Source: Candidatus Omnitrophota bacterium
GTDB lineage: Bacteria; Omnitrophota; Gorgyraeia; Gygaellales; Profunditerraquicolaceae
NCBI GenBank assembly: GCA_041651115.1
Contig: JBAZJY010000003.1
Location: 3,188-67,187, forward strand
Reading direction: 5' to 3'
Length of the DNA: 64,000 nt
How positions within the stretch are numbered: position 1 is the first letter of the stretch; each line of letters opens with the position of its first letter. Below are positions 43,474 to 53,566 of this stretch, in pieces. A model generated the notes under the pieces. The model saw only the letters and a program-made list of their open reading frames with translations. It did not search any database and had not been told where the DNA came from. A program made the translations under genes and the position numbers.

Positions 43474-45177
43474 TTGCTTAAAAAGTCTATACAAAAATGC
43501 TGCTTGGAAATAAGCCGGTTTGGTGGTAATATGTCCGGTAAGATGCTCTCTCGTGGCTCTAAAATATATCTTTTTGGTCTATTGGCGATTATAGCATTCT
43601 GCGGTATCAATAATTATATCTGGTTGAGCCTGAACCAGCACCCTCCTGTTGACGATGAAGCCTTCCACCTGATCGCCAGCCTGCGCTACATGGACATCTT
43701 ATCTAATTTGCCCGCGTATACATTTCGCGAATTTGTCCAGGTGGACCAACTTTACCCTCCGCTGACCCCGCTGGTTGCCAGCTTGTTCGGGTTGGCCTTC
43801 GGCAGGAACACTATTACCCTGATCATGTCTAACGTGTTCTTTCTCATAGGCACTCTTATATCTTTGTATCTTATCGGGATAAAGGCAGGAAACAGAAAAG
43901 CCGGCTTGCTGGCTGCCCTCTTGTTGTGTCTCTACCCCATGTTTTTCCATCTAAGCCGGATGTTCATGTTTAGCGCGACGTTCTGTTTTACGGTAACTGC
44001 CGGCATTACTGCTTTATATTATTCCGAAGGCTTCAGAAAAACAGGCGCGAGCCTCTTATTCGGCTTATTCCTGGGCCTCGGCCTGCTTACAAAACAAACC
44101 TACCTGGTATTTATAGCCGGGCCGCTGCTTTTTTTAGTATCGGGGTCTTTCCCTAACGCGAATACCGTCGTAAGAAAAAAGATAGTCGGAAATCTGATAC
44201 TTTCTATTATCATCGGGGCTATCATGGCCTCCTGGTGGTACATCCCAAATCTAACAAACATGCTGCCGCTGGCGATAGACTCGGCTACAGACCCATTATT
44301 AGTGCCGCACGACATACCGATATTTTCATTTCGTTCGCTTTTCTTTTATCTTCGCGTATTGATCACCGAACAGATATTATTGTTTTTCTTTGCGTTGTTT
44401 GTGATATCCCTTTATTCGCTTTCTAAAAAGAAAAAGACTGAATTATTTTTCCTGTGCCTGGCATGGATTATTGTTCCTTACATCTTTTTTACCTTTGTCA
44501 AAAACAAATTCTGGTATTACACATTGCCGTATTTGCCGGCCATTGCCCTGATTTCCGCTTACGGCGTCACGAAGATAAAAAGGGCTATTTTTAAAAAAAT
44601 AACTGTTTTTTTAATACTCGCGATCGGCCTTTTCCAGTTCTTTATTATTTCTTATACCAAATATAAGCATACGCGGCTGCATCTTAATCTTTACGGGTAC
44701 AGGTTCAATATCTTGCTTGTTCCCACCGCGGATATCCTGGGCGGGGTGAAGTATTTTCCCCGCAAGGGCAAATGGAAACAAAAAGCCATAATTGAGTGCA
44801 TATTAAAGGAAACTACCAAGGCAAAGCCACTGGTAGGAGTCATTAGCTTTGACCCGAACCTGGAAGAAAGAAAAGATCCGCAAAAATCTATTATTATGAG
44901 CAGGTTGAGCAGTTACACCGGCACTGATTTTGAGAGCTTACGCTACCATTTGCTGCTAAGCAATATTCCTTTAAAGATCATCCATCTCCATGATATTTTA
45001 CCGGCAGAGAAAAGGAAAAAACTGGATTTCATAGTCAGCCCCATAGAATTAAAACACGCGCCTGACTACGGGATCCGGGCAGAAGATTTCACGGTCGTAA
45101 GAGAATTTGTCATGCCGGACAAGAGCAAGGTCTATCTGTATAAATCAAAGAAAATAGCCAACGGAAGAAAAGCATAG
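43474..45177 (+). CDS. GT-C fold membrane glycosyltransferase, ArnT/PMT-like (COG1807). True start probably the internal Met near 43531.
   Basis: HPPVDDEAFHLIASLRYMD...VDQLYPPLTPLVASL is the DE/YPPL signature loop of ArnT/PMT-type enzymes. About 12 TM segments. One of only two plus-strand genes. Confidence 0.55.
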   Translation: MLKKSIQKCCLEISRFGGNMSGKMLSRGSKIYLFGLLAIIAFCGINNYIWLSLNQHPPVDDEAFHLIASLRYMDILSNLPAYTFREFVQVDQLYPPLTPLVASLFGLAFGRNTITLIMSNVFFLIGTLISLYLIGIKAGNRKAGLLAALLLCLYPMFFHLSRMFMFSATFCFTVTAGITALYYSEGFRKTGASLLFGLFLGLGLLTKQTYLVFIAGPLLFLVSGSFPNANTVVRKKIVGNLILSIIIGAIMASWWYIPNLTNMLPLAIDSATDPLLVPHDIPIFSFRSLFFYLRVLITEQILLFFFALFVISLYSLSKKKKTELFFLCLAWIIVPYIFFTFVKNKFWYYTLPYLPAIALISAYGVTKIKRAIFKKITVFLILAIGLFQFFIISYTKYKHTRLHLNLYGYRFNILLVPTADILGGVKYFPRKGKWKQKAIIECILKETTKAKPLVGVISFDPNLEERKDPQKSIIMSRLSSYTGTDFESLRYHLLLSNIPLKIIHLHDILPAEKRKKLDFIVSPIELKHAPDYGIRAEDFTVVREFVMPDKSKVYLYKSKKIANGRKA

Positions 45178-45227
45178 ACAAAGCTGAAAAAATATGTAGA
45201 ATATCATCGTTAATATAACCCACTGCG

Positions 45228-48200
45228 ATGAAGACAAATACAGCAATAAGAAAACCTGAATACCAGCTTGATCCAAACGGCGAGTTTGTGATTGAAAACT
45301 TCAATTTTTCCAAGCCGTTTGCCAACTTTTTTCCCGGTATTGCCGGCCCATACGGCATACCGATTTGGGCGTTTTACGTTAACCGCGGCCAGGCAATCTC
45401 CAGTTTCGGCACAAAAGATAAAGATAACGCCTTTCTTGAATTCCAGCCGGCAAACAAGGCCTGGGAAACTACCCCCCTGCGCGGCTTTCGCACGTTCATC
45501 AAAACCTCAAACCGTAAAAACGAATACTTTTACGAGCCGTTTGCCAACGGGACGGTGAATCTTGGCTTTGCGCTGTCCAACCGCATGGCAATTACTTCCT
45601 GGAACTTGAAGCTTGAAGAGATCAACGCTACTTTAGGCTTAAAAATAAACGTTGAATACTTTACCATTCCCAATGATAATTTCGGCGCATTAGCCAGGGC
45701 CGTGACTATCACTAATACCGGTAAAAAAACAAAAAAAATCAGCCTGCTCGACGGACTGCCGCAGATAGTGCCGTTCGGAACAAATAATTTTTTCCTGAAG
45801 GAAATGAGCCGCACCATCGAAGCATGGATGAATATTTTAAACCTTGAAAACGGCGTGCCCTTCTATAAATTGGCAGTCGACCCGGTAGACAAGCCGGAAG
45901 TAGTCCACATTAGAGAAGGGAACTTTTATCTCGGGTTCCACTATCATAAAGGTAAGCCCGAGATCATAAAACCGATCGTAGATCCCCGCTCTATATTCGG
46001 CCCGGTAACCGACTTTACCTGCCCTTACTTATTCCTGCACGCGAAAAAGTTCCGCTATCCAGGCGAACAACTGATAAAAAGCCAGACGCCGTGCGCGTTC
46101 TCATTGCTGGACTTTGAATTGGCGGCAGGCGGACAAAAATCATTCTATGCTGCCGCAGGCTATATGCCCAGCGAGGCAACCCTGAATGCCGCCGCAAAAA
46201 AAATAATCGCAGCCGGATATCTGGCCGATAAATGCGAAGAAAATAAACAGCTTATCAATTCGCTTCAGGACAATATAAATACCGAAAGCAGCTTGCCTGA
46301 ATTTGACCTCTATGCCCGCCAGACCTATCTGGATAACCTGCTGCGCGGAGGCTATCCCGTAACTTTTAAGTCCAAATACGGCAGCGCGATATTCTACCTT
46401 TATTCACGCAAGCACGGCGACCTGGAGCGCGATTATAACAAATTCCAGCTCCAGCCTGCTTATTTTTCGCAAGGCAACGGTAACTACCGCGACGTTAACC
46501 AGAACCGGCGTTCTGACGTCTGGTTTAATCCTGAGATCAAAGACGAAAATATCGTCGGCTTCTTTAACCTTCTGCAACTCGACGGGTTTAACCCCCTGGT
46601 GGTCAAAGGCTCGACATTCATTGCCAGGAATGTGCAGGATATAAAAACAGCGTTAGCGAGGCTAACAAGCCAGGAAAATTTGAATAAGATCGCCGGCATT
46701 ATAAACAAGCCGTTCTCTCCCGGAGAACTGATACTCCACATTGAAGAAAGTAAAATAAAACTTAATCTCTCATATGATGAATTCCTTGATATCCTCCTTC
46801 CGCTCTGCGACAAAAATCAGGAGGCAGAGCACGGGGAGGGATTTTGGACAGACCATTGGACTTATAATTTAGACCTTCTGGAAAATTACCTGGGGGTTTA
46901 TCCGGAGAACTTGAAAGAGATTATTTTTGAGAAAAAAGACTTCACCTTCTACGATAACGCCGAGGTCGTACGGCCGCGGAATAAAAAATACGTTATTTAT
47001 AAAGGAAGCGTCAAGCAATTGCATTCTGTCGGGATCGACCCGGTAAAAAAAGAAATGATCCGCAAGCGCCACAGCCAGCCCAATACTGTCCGGGCGGGCT
47101 TCGGCGAAGGCCAGATCTACCGGACAACATTGATCAATAAATTATTAAGCCTGGCAGCGGTCAAGGCTGCTTCGCTTGACCCTTTTGGCGTGGGCGTAGA
47201 AATGGAAGCTAACAAGCCGAACTGGTACGACGCGCTTAACGGCCTTCCTGCGCTATGCGGCTCATCTGTTTGCGAAACCATGGAATTAAAACGCCTTGTC
47301 CTTTTTATTATCTCCGCTATAACGCAATCCGGAAAAAGTAAAATTACCGTTACGGAAGAGATTTACGGGTTGCTCAGCGCCATTGACGGATTGATCCGGG
47401 AATATTTCACTTCCGGCAGCCAAAATAAAGATTTTACCTTCTGGGATAAAAGCCATAGCCTGATGGAGGAATACCGGCTGAAAACGAAAACCGGATTAAG
47501 CGGCGCGGAAACAGAAATCCCTGCCGCCGGCCTTTCTTCCATTATGAAAGAGATCCTGAAAAAATTAAACGAAGGCATTGAGAAGGCGCTGGATAAAAAG
47601 ACAAATATTTACTGCGCCTATTTTATAAACGAAGTGGTTAAATACGAACTTACGGCGGATAATTTTGTAAGGCCGCTTGCGTTCAGGCAAAAAAGGCTGC
47701 CCCTGTTCCTGGAATCGCAAGTCCACGCTTTAAAACTGGCTAAAAATAGCGCTGCGGCAAAATTCCTTTATGAGCCGGTTAAGGCCAGCCCCCTCTATGA
47801 TAAAAAACTTAAGATGTATAAGGAAACCGCGGACTTAAGCCAAATGCCGGAAGAGATCGGCAGATGCCGGATATTCACTCCGGGATGGCTGGAAAATGAA
47901 TCTATCTGGCTGCATATGGAATACAAATATTTACTGGAGATTTTGCGCGCCGGGCTATATGAAGAATTCTATAAAGAATTCAGGAATATCCTTATCCCGT
48001 TCATGGACCCGCAAATTTACGGCCGCAGCATCCTGGAAAATTCTTCGTTTATCGCAAGCAGCGCCTTTCCGGATAAAAATATACACGGGCAAGGCTTTGT
48101 TGCCAGGCTTTCCGGATCAACCGCGGAATTTCTAAGCATCTGGCTGGCGATGAACAGCGGCCTAAAACCGTTCTTCCTGAATGAGAACGGCGAATTAAAC

Positions 48201-48464
48201 CTGCGTTTTGCACCGGTACTGCCCGGCTGGTTATTTGATAAAAAAGGTGATTATAAATTCAATTTCTTCGGTAAAACCCTGGTGACTTATCACAATAAAA
48301 AAAGAAAGAATACTTTTGGCAAAGACTGCGCGCAGATCAAACGGATCAGCCTCACGGAAAACTCCGGGAAACTCACTGAGTTTGCCCAAAAGATCATCCC
48401 CGCCCCTTACGCTGAAAAAATCAGGAACCTGGAAGTAAAATCAATAGAGATATACTTGGAATAA
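45228..48464 (+). CDS. large cytoplasmic glycoside hydrolase/phosphorylase-like protein ((alpha/alpha)6-barrel; cellobiose-phosphorylase/GH94-like N-terminus). Tentative.
   Basis: 1078 aa, no signal peptide. N-terminal FVIENFNF..PFANFFPGIAGPYGIPIWAFYVNRGQ resembles the N-terminal beta-sandwich of GH94/GH65-type phosphorylases. Family assignment not secure. Confidence 0.3.
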   Translation: MKTNTAIRKPEYQLDPNGEFVIENFNFSKPFANFFPGIAGPYGIPIWAFYVNRGQAISSFGTKDKDNAFLEFQPANKAWETTPLRGFRTFIKTSNRKNEYFYEPFANGTVNLGFALSNRMAITSWNLKLEEINATLGLKINVEYFTIPNDNFGALARAVTITNTGKKTKKISLLDGLPQIVPFGTNNFFLKEMSRTIEAWMNILNLENGVPFYKLAVDPVDKPEVVHIREGNFYLGFHYHKGKPEIIKPIVDPRSIFGPVTDFTCPYLFLHAKKFRYPGEQLIKSQTPCAFSLLDFELAAGGQKSFYAAAGYMPSEATLNAAAKKIIAAGYLADKCEENKQLINSLQDNINTESSLPEFDLYARQTYLDNLLRGGYPVTFKSKYGSAIFYLYSRKHGDLERDYNKFQLQPAYFSQGNGNYRDVNQNRRSDVWFNPEIKDENIVGFFNLLQLDGFNPLVVKGSTFIARNVQDIKTALARLTSQENLNKIAGIINKPFSPGELILHIEESKIKLNLSYDEFLDILLPLCDKNQEAEHGEGFWTDHWTYNLDLLENYLGVYPENLKEIIFEKKDFTFYDNAEVVRPRNKKYVIYKGSVKQLHSVGIDPVKKEMIRKRHSQPNTVRAGFGEGQIYRTTLINKLLSLAAVKAASLDPFGVGVEMEANKPNWYDALNGLPALCGSSVCETMELKRLVLFIISAITQSGKSKITVTEEIYGLLSAIDGLIREYFTSGSQNKDFTFWDKSHSLMEEYRLKTKTGLSGAETEIPAAGLSSIMKEILKKLNEGIEKALDKKTNIYCAYFINEVVKYELTADNFVRPLAFRQKRLPLFLESQVHALKLAKNSAAAKFLYEPVKASPLYDKKLKMYKETADLSQMPEEIGRCRIFTPGWLENESIWLHMEYKYLLEILRAGLYEEFYKEFRNILIPFMDPQIYGRSILENSSFIASSAFPDKNIHGQGFVARLSGSTAEFLSIWLAMNSGLKPFFLNENGELNLRFAPVLPGWLFDKKGDYKFNFFGKTLVTYHNKKRKNTFGKDCAQIKRISLTENSGKLTEFAQKIIPAPYAEKIRNLEVKSIEIYLE

Positions 48465-48465
48465 G

Positions 48466-51243
48466 TTAGAACTTGCGGCGGTAATAAAGGCGGAAGATGT
48501 GCTCTGTGTCCAGGGTTTCTACGCTGCTGCCATAAGGATCCCATCCGACGTTAAGCAAACCTCCCTCATAGGGGTTACGGCTTGCTTCGCCGTATTGGAA
48601 AACAAAATTTTCCAATTCCGACTTACGGTACATCAGCTCAATGAACGCGTTGTGATGGCTGTATAATTTTGTGCTGCCGGCGATCAATTTATCAAGGTCC
48701 TGCCAACGGGAATAAATATATTTAAAGAAAATACCTAATTTCGGAGTAGGCGAATAAGAAACCTCCAGGCCGATATGGTTCAAGTTACCGTCTACCTGCC
48801 CTGCTTTTTCATATGAATTGCGCGTATAATCAAGGTAAAACTGCCATTTCTCCGAAGGAGTAAGAGTCAGGCCGGTGCGGAATATATTATAAAAATCATA
48901 GGGCGGCTTTGGAAAAAACTGCTGACTGTAAAGGAACGCGCGCTCTTGCCGGTATTGGTTATCGTATTCGGAAAATGTCGAGCCCATATCCGTACTTGAT
49001 AATATCGACCTTGGAAACCCGTCATAACCAAGGGTATAATCATTGGTATATTCCCAGATGCCGTTTACCGTCATCCAATCATTAAGGGCATATTCAAGCC
49101 CCAGGGAACCGGTTTTTAGCGTAGGATCCAGGCCGTCGGTAATTTCGGAATTGGCATAATACTGCCGCGTCAGCGGATCAAAAAGGAACGGATCAAGGCC
49201 TGCCGTTGTCCTCGGCAGCTTATTATAAATACCTAACATCTTCGTCGTCAATTTTTCGTTTGCCTGCCATGTCAATTCATCCCGCACGACATTCTCAATA
49301 AATTTCCCGTTTGTCCCATGGACATTGCGCACGTCAAAGAGATTATCCACCTGCTTATCCCATAACTGAGATTCTATGCGCAGGCCAATAGTGTTACGGC
49401 CGATATCAATGCCGTTACCGACTTTGCGATTCTTTACATCATCCCAAGTCAATAGTTTGCCTTCCCCCTGGTCTCCTTCATAGAAAAACCGGAACGGCTG
49501 CCGGAAATTCAAGTGCCTTCCCCACCATTCGTCATCGCGCGTTTCCACATAAGAAGACAGGGACTGATCAAAAGACTCATCCATGCGGGATACGAAGAAC
49601 CGGAATTTGTTAAAGAAGCGGTCTTTCTCATCCGGCTGTATTCCGTCATAACCATATTTAGTGTTAATAACGCTGGCAAAGGGAAATCTTCCGATAAGCG
49701 AAAAATAGTACGCATTGCCGCCTTTTTCGGATTTGAATTGGTCGTCGCTCAAGTCATAGTATGATTTTGATGCGGCAACTTCTGCGCTGGCCATGATGCC
49801 GTTAATCGGCTCATAGTTTATGTCTCCGCCGGCAACGTAATTCTTTGCATCGGTCCGGTACTCTTTCTCCGTCTCAAATCCTAAGCGGGCGGTATAAGTG
49901 GCGCCGATATTAAGGCTATCCCAGATTCGGTGTTTTAGCCGCGTAGCGGAAATAATATTATCTGCATCCGAATAATCCTGCCAAAGGTCCTTTGGGGTCG
50001 CAAAATTGGAAACTATGGACGTCCCTTCCCACGGGGTCAGCTGAAGATCCAAACCCCGCAGTCCGGTCAGGCGTTGGCCCTCGCTGTCGCGCGTATAAAA
50101 AGAAAGTGTATTGTCCCAGTAGCCCCTGGTGAAATCAACCGGCGTAAGCCCGGAATTCCTTCTGCCCGGAGTCCACCTGCGTATCCACGGGCTGTCTTCC
50201 CACCACTGCCGGTTATTGGACAGCCTTAAAGGATCGTCAAACGTCGAAGCCTGGTTCTCGTAGGCAAGCGGATAAAATTTGGCGCTAAAAATATCGCTAT
50301 TATAACCAGCCCATAATTCGCGTACCGGCTGGAATTGATAATAGATTTTCGTTGCGGGAATGGTAAAACTGTCGGAAACAGGAATAGTATAATCACCGGC
50401 CTTGGTAAACGCGTCTGTACGTCCGTCTTTAACTTTTATTTCGGGGAGGTTAAATGAATTACCCAGGCTGGTTGTATAGGCTTTCTCATTAATCGTATAA
50501 CCCGTATTGGACCAATATTTTAATTCTACTTCGGCGGTATCGCCAAATGCGCTGGAGACAGTGGTCTTAGCGCTCTTACCAGTAAAGCTCCAGGGATCGA
50601 CGACCACATTACTATAAAAACTAAGGCCTTCTTCGTTATTTCCTTTTTCCAGCTTTACCGCCATACGGTCGTATATCCGCGGATCGTATGTATTTTCCTT
50701 ATTATCGAAAGCAGAATCTGAATTCCTGCGGTAATTACGCTCATTCAAATCCCAGTTCGCCCTCTTCCATACGGCATCGCCGGAATCCATACCAACCCTT
50801 ATCTGCGCTTCTCCGGTAACCTTTACGCCGGCGATCTCTAAAGCTTCGTCAACTGCCTCATCTTTGGCAGCGGGCTTAACAACGGGAGCTGCCGGTTTAG
50901 CTTGAGCCTTGGGAGCCTCTTTATAATTATTCAACGCCTGTTCCATAGCGTCGTATTTATCGGCTTTGAATTGCGCGGGAACTGCTTCCAGCTGCTGCGC
51001 AGGTTCAGATGATGCGGAAAAAATATCGTTTATGTATCTTAAAGCAGTCTTATTGGAAGAGTCTAGACTAAGCGCTTTTTTAAACTCGGTAAGCGCGTCA
51101 TCGTATCTTCCTTGACGGTAGAATTGAATGCCTAATTCGCAGAGATATTCTACCGTAGCGGGGGCACTATGGGCGGGCTCGATACAGATAAAACCTGATA
51201 TCCAAATTACTACTAAAGCTAGGGAAAATAATTTCTTGAGCAT
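48466..51243 (-). CDS. large outer-membrane beta-barrel protein with N-terminal TPR module (BcsC/PgaA-like exopolysaccharide export porin architecture)
   Basis: Signal peptide. N-terminal TPR-like helices (YLCELGIQFYRQGRYDDALTEFKKALSLD). Long region of alternating amphipathic beta-strands ending ...HIFRLYYRRKF (terminal Phe). Converges stop-to-stop (1 nt gap) with the plus-strand gene. Confidence 0.5.
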   Translation of the reverse strand: MLKKLFSLALVVIWISGFICIEPAHSAPATVEYLCELGIQFYRQGRYDDALTEFKKALSLDSSNKTALRYINDIFSASSEPAQQLEAVPAQFKADKYDAMEQALNNYKEAPKAQAKPAAPVVKPAAKDEAVDEALEIAGVKVTGEAQIRVGMDSGDAVWKRANWDLNERNYRRNSDSAFDNKENTYDPRIYDRMAVKLEKGNNEEGLSFYSNVVVDPWSFTGKSAKTTVSSAFGDTAEVELKYWSNTGYTINEKAYTTSLGNSFNLPEIKVKDGRTDAFTKAGDYTIPVSDSFTIPATKIYYQFQPVRELWAGYNSDIFSAKFYPLAYENQASTFDDPLRLSNNRQWWEDSPWIRRWTPGRRNSGLTPVDFTRGYWDNTLSFYTRDSEGQRLTGLRGLDLQLTPWEGTSIVSNFATPKDLWQDYSDADNIISATRLKHRIWDSLNIGATYTARLGFETEKEYRTDAKNYVAGGDINYEPINGIMASAEVAASKSYYDLSDDQFKSEKGGNAYYFSLIGRFPFASVINTKYGYDGIQPDEKDRFFNKFRFFVSRMDESFDQSLSSYVETRDDEWWGRHLNFRQPFRFFYEGDQGEGKLLTWDDVKNRKVGNGIDIGRNTIGLRIESQLWDKQVDNLFDVRNVHGTNGKFIENVVRDELTWQANEKLTTKMLGIYNKLPRTTAGLDPFLFDPLTRQYYANSEITDGLDPTLKTGSLGLEYALNDWMTVNGIWEYTNDYTLGYDGFPRSILSSTDMGSTFSEYDNQYRQERAFLYSQQFFPKPPYDFYNIFRTGLTLTPSEKWQFYLDYTRNSYEKAGQVDGNLNHIGLEVSYSPTPKLGIFFKYIYSRWQDLDKLIAGSTKLYSHHNAFIELMYRKSELENFVFQYGEASRNPYEGGLLNVGWDPYGSSVETLDTEHIFRLYYRRKF

Positions 51244-51285
51244 ATTTGCTATATATTATAGCGGCTGCTCCAATATGTCAAGAAA

Positions 51286-51335
51286 AAAATAGGGACAGAG
51301 ACTACTTTTCCGTACGAAAAGTAGTCTCTGTCCCT
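51286..51335 (-). terminator. rho-independent terminator
   Basis: 19-bp perfect hairpin AGGGACAGAGACTACTTTT-CCGTACG-AAAAGTAGTCTCTGTCCCT. Flanked by an A-run upstream and a T-run downstream, so it could terminate in both directions. Lies after the 51345..51677 ORF. Confidence 0.65.
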
Positions 51336-51344
51336 ATTTTTATT

Positions 51345-51677
51345 CTATTTTATCAGCCCTTGCTGCGCTGCGAAAAGGCTGATCTTAAGCGAATGCACAA
51401 AAAGTATAAGGAACAACTTGCCGTTACTGACTGCGCAGACGCTCCCTTTTATCTTACAAAAAAACTTCTCTTTCTGCTCCCGGCTGTTATGCTCTTTTAC
51501 CACATGTACATATGGCTGAGGCCGCGAAACATCGGAGTCCGGGATCTCTTTTACCATGCACACAAAGTGCCGGTTAATCACGCTGCGCACACCTTCCCTG
51601 TCTACGACCTCAGAGCTGGTGATGATCTTGCGCCGCTTGTCATCCGAAGTTAAATTTTTGAATAATAGATTTCTCAC
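51345..51677 (-). CDS. hypothetical small protein (110 aa)
   Basis: ORF on the dominant coding strand followed by a strong terminator. Mixed charged composition. No motif recognised. The overlapping plus-strand ORF 51246..51653 has unprotein-like composition. Confidence 0.35.
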   Translation of the reverse strand: MRNLLFKNLTSDDKRRKIITSSEVVDREGVRSVINRHFVCMVKEIPDSDVSRPQPYVHVVKEHNSREQKEKFFCKIKGSVCAVSNGKLFLILFVHSLKISLFAAQQGLIK

Positions 51678-51829
51678 TTTGCGCCTCTTTTCTTAAGCTG
51701 ACTATTATAATCCTTAAGAGAAGTATAGCTTCGCAACCTGGCGCAAACAAGGCAATAACGCGGATTTTAGAAAGCGCTTCCAAATCTTAATGTTTGATGC
51801 TGAAGTTTAACTTTATTATTTACAACGAG

Positions 51830-52432
51830 TTACACGAGGCGGGATTCCTTGCCTTGCGACAGCCTTTTAATATTAGGTTTATGCCGCAAGATCACTAATA
51901 GCGAGAGCACAACACTAAGAGAAACTACAATAACGGATTGTTTGAATGACAACGCCAGTACCGGAAGGGCAATTACGCTGACTATCGAAGCCAGGGAAAC
52001 AATACGAGAAACTATAAAGGTAAGCAGCCATACAAGCAGGGTTATCCCTAAAACAATCCTTAGTCCGGGTATTTTAAGGGCAAGCCCGATCAAGACTCCC
52101 AAGGTAGTAGCCATGCCCTTCCCGCCCTTAAACCCTAAGAAAACAGTCCAGATATGCCCGACTACGCAGCTTAGGCCAAAACTTATCCACAACAATTCTC
52201 CGGAAAAATATCCGCCCACAAACGCCACAGCCGCAACGCCCTTAAGCGCATCCAGAATTAAAACAAGTATGCCCGGGCCTTTGCCTAATACGCGAAATGC
52301 ATTGGTCGCCCCGATATTCCCGGAACCGAACTTGCGGATATCGATCCCTTTTAATACCCTGCCGAAAATATAAGCAGTAGGTATTGAGCCGATAAGATAA
52401 CTAATGAGTATTCCGGTGATTATCCGCAGCAT
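51830..52432 (-). CDS. plsY: glycerol-3-phosphate acyltransferase PlsY (acyl-phosphate dependent)
   Basis: LIGSIPTAYIFGRVLKGIDIRKFGSGNIGATNAFRVLG is the PlsY signature. 200 aa. Confidence 0.85.
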   Translation of the reverse strand: MLRIITGILISYLIGSIPTAYIFGRVLKGIDIRKFGSGNIGATNAFRVLGKGPGILVLILDALKGVAAVAFVGGYFSGELLWISFGLSCVVGHIWTVFLGFKGGKGMATTLGVLIGLALKIPGLRIVLGITLLVWLLTFIVSRIVSLASIVSVIALPVLALSFKQSVIVVSLSVVLSLLVILRHKPNIKRLSQGKESRLV

Positions 52433-52964
52433 AGAGAATTTTAAACCCCCTCATCACGTAATCAATCCCTGAAATAAGCGTTAAACCCGCTGCCAGCCAC
52501 CAAAAGATATAAGCTGAATTCCATTGCAACAGGACCACAAGCACTGCCGACATCTGAAAAGTAGTGGTAAGTTTTCCCCAGCGCGTGGGAAAGATCGCGA
52601 TATTCTGTTTCACAAGATAAATCACCAGCGCGCCGATAAGAATGATCGTATCGCGGCTGATTACGATCAATACCACCCACAAAGGAAACCTGATCGCAAA
52701 GTTTTCAATAAAAGCTAAACTTATGAATGCGGTCATCAACAGCAGCTTATCGCCTAATGGATCAAGGATCAGCCCGGCCTTTGACTGCTGGCCGGACTTG
52801 CGGGCAATATAGCCGTCTGCCGCATCGGAGATCACCCCTAAAATAAAGATCGCCAGGGCGACAAATCTTAAGTATGGCCTTTCCGGAGAATAATAGATCA
52901 GGCTGGCAAAGAAAAACGGAACGCTTAAAATACGGAACGTGGAAATCTTATTGGCAAAATTCAC
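52401..52964 (-). CDS. pgsA: CDP-diacylglycerol--glycerol-3-phosphate 3-phosphatidyltransferase (CDP-alcohol phosphatidyltransferase family)
   Basis: DAADGYIARKSGQQSKAGLILDPLGDKLL matches the CDP-OH transferase motif D..DG....(8)G..LD...D. Start assigned to the GTG at 52964, which overlaps the lepB stop as GTGA. The upstream 27 codons of the tracked ORF lie inside lepB. Confidence 0.75.
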   Translation of the reverse strand: MNFANKISTFRILSVPFFFASLIYYSPERPYLRFVALAIFILGVISDAADGYIARKSGQQSKAGLILDPLGDKLLLMTAFISLAFIENFAIRFPLWVVLIVISRDTIILIGALVIYLVKQNIAIFPTRWGKLTTTFQMSAVLVVLLQWNSAYIFWWLAAGLTLISGIDYVMRGFKILYAADNHRNTH

Positions 52965-53566
52965 TTTATTATCCTTACCCTTTGCGGCGGCCAATATACT
53001 ACCATTGCCTGCCCCAGGATATTCTCCGCCGGAACAAACCCCCAATAACGGCTGTCTTGCGAAGAAGCAGAGTTATCACCCAAAACAAAATAGCTGTCCT
53101 TCGGGACAGCGATCTTTACCCCTTCCGGCGCGAAATCACCCCGGTTATAGTAATACCTCTGGCTAAAGCCATAATCAATAAGCGGATGGTTATTGATATA
53201 TATGGTGCCGTTCTTGATCTCAACCGTATCTCCGGGCAAACCCACCAGCCGTTTTATGAAATCTTTTTTCGGGTCGTCAGGATAAATAAAAACTACGATA
53301 TCCCCTCTTTTCGGTATGCGTACTTTCGGTATCCTGAAGTTGATAAAAGGTACCTTTGCCCCGTAAATGAATTTATTGACCAGGATAATATCTCCCTCTA
53401 AAAGCGTCGGCCGCATTGAACCGGTGGGTATCTTAAAAGCCTGCACTACGAACGTGCGGATGAACATCGCCAAAATAAAAGCGATAAGAATAGACTCTGC
53501 CCATTCACGGACAACCGATTTCTTTTTTATGCCTGCGCTTTCATGCCCTGTAGCTTTGTCGCTCAT
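52961..53566 (-). CDS. lepB: signal peptidase I (S26)
   Basis: SMRPTLLEGDIILVNK (catalytic Ser box) and GDNSASSQDSRYWGFVPAENILGQA (box E). Confidence 0.85.
   Translation of the reverse strand: MSDKATGHESAGIKKKSVVREWAESILIAFILAMFIRTFVVQAFKIPTGSMRPTLLEGDIILVNKFIYGAKVPFINFRIPKVRIPKRGDIVVFIYPDDPKKDFIKRLVGLPGDTVEIKNGTIYINNHPLIDYGFSQRYYYNRGDFAPEGVKIAVPKDSYFVLGDNSASSQDSRYWGFVPAENILGQAMVVYWPPQRVRIIK

Noticed and set aside
48462-48468. Possible assembly artefact or missing terminator at the 1-nt convergent stop-stop junction.
   Set aside because: Both ORFs reach natural in-frame stops with well-formed C-termini. The OMP ends in the canonical terminal Phe. Nothing in the sequence indicates a join. 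Kept as an observation only.
51246-51653. Plus-strand 135-aa ORF competing with the minus-strand 110-aa ORF.
   Set aside because: The sequence is not protein-like (LYIIAAAPICQEKNRDRDYF...). It is on the minority strand. The minus-strand ORF is followed by a strong terminator in the right orientation.
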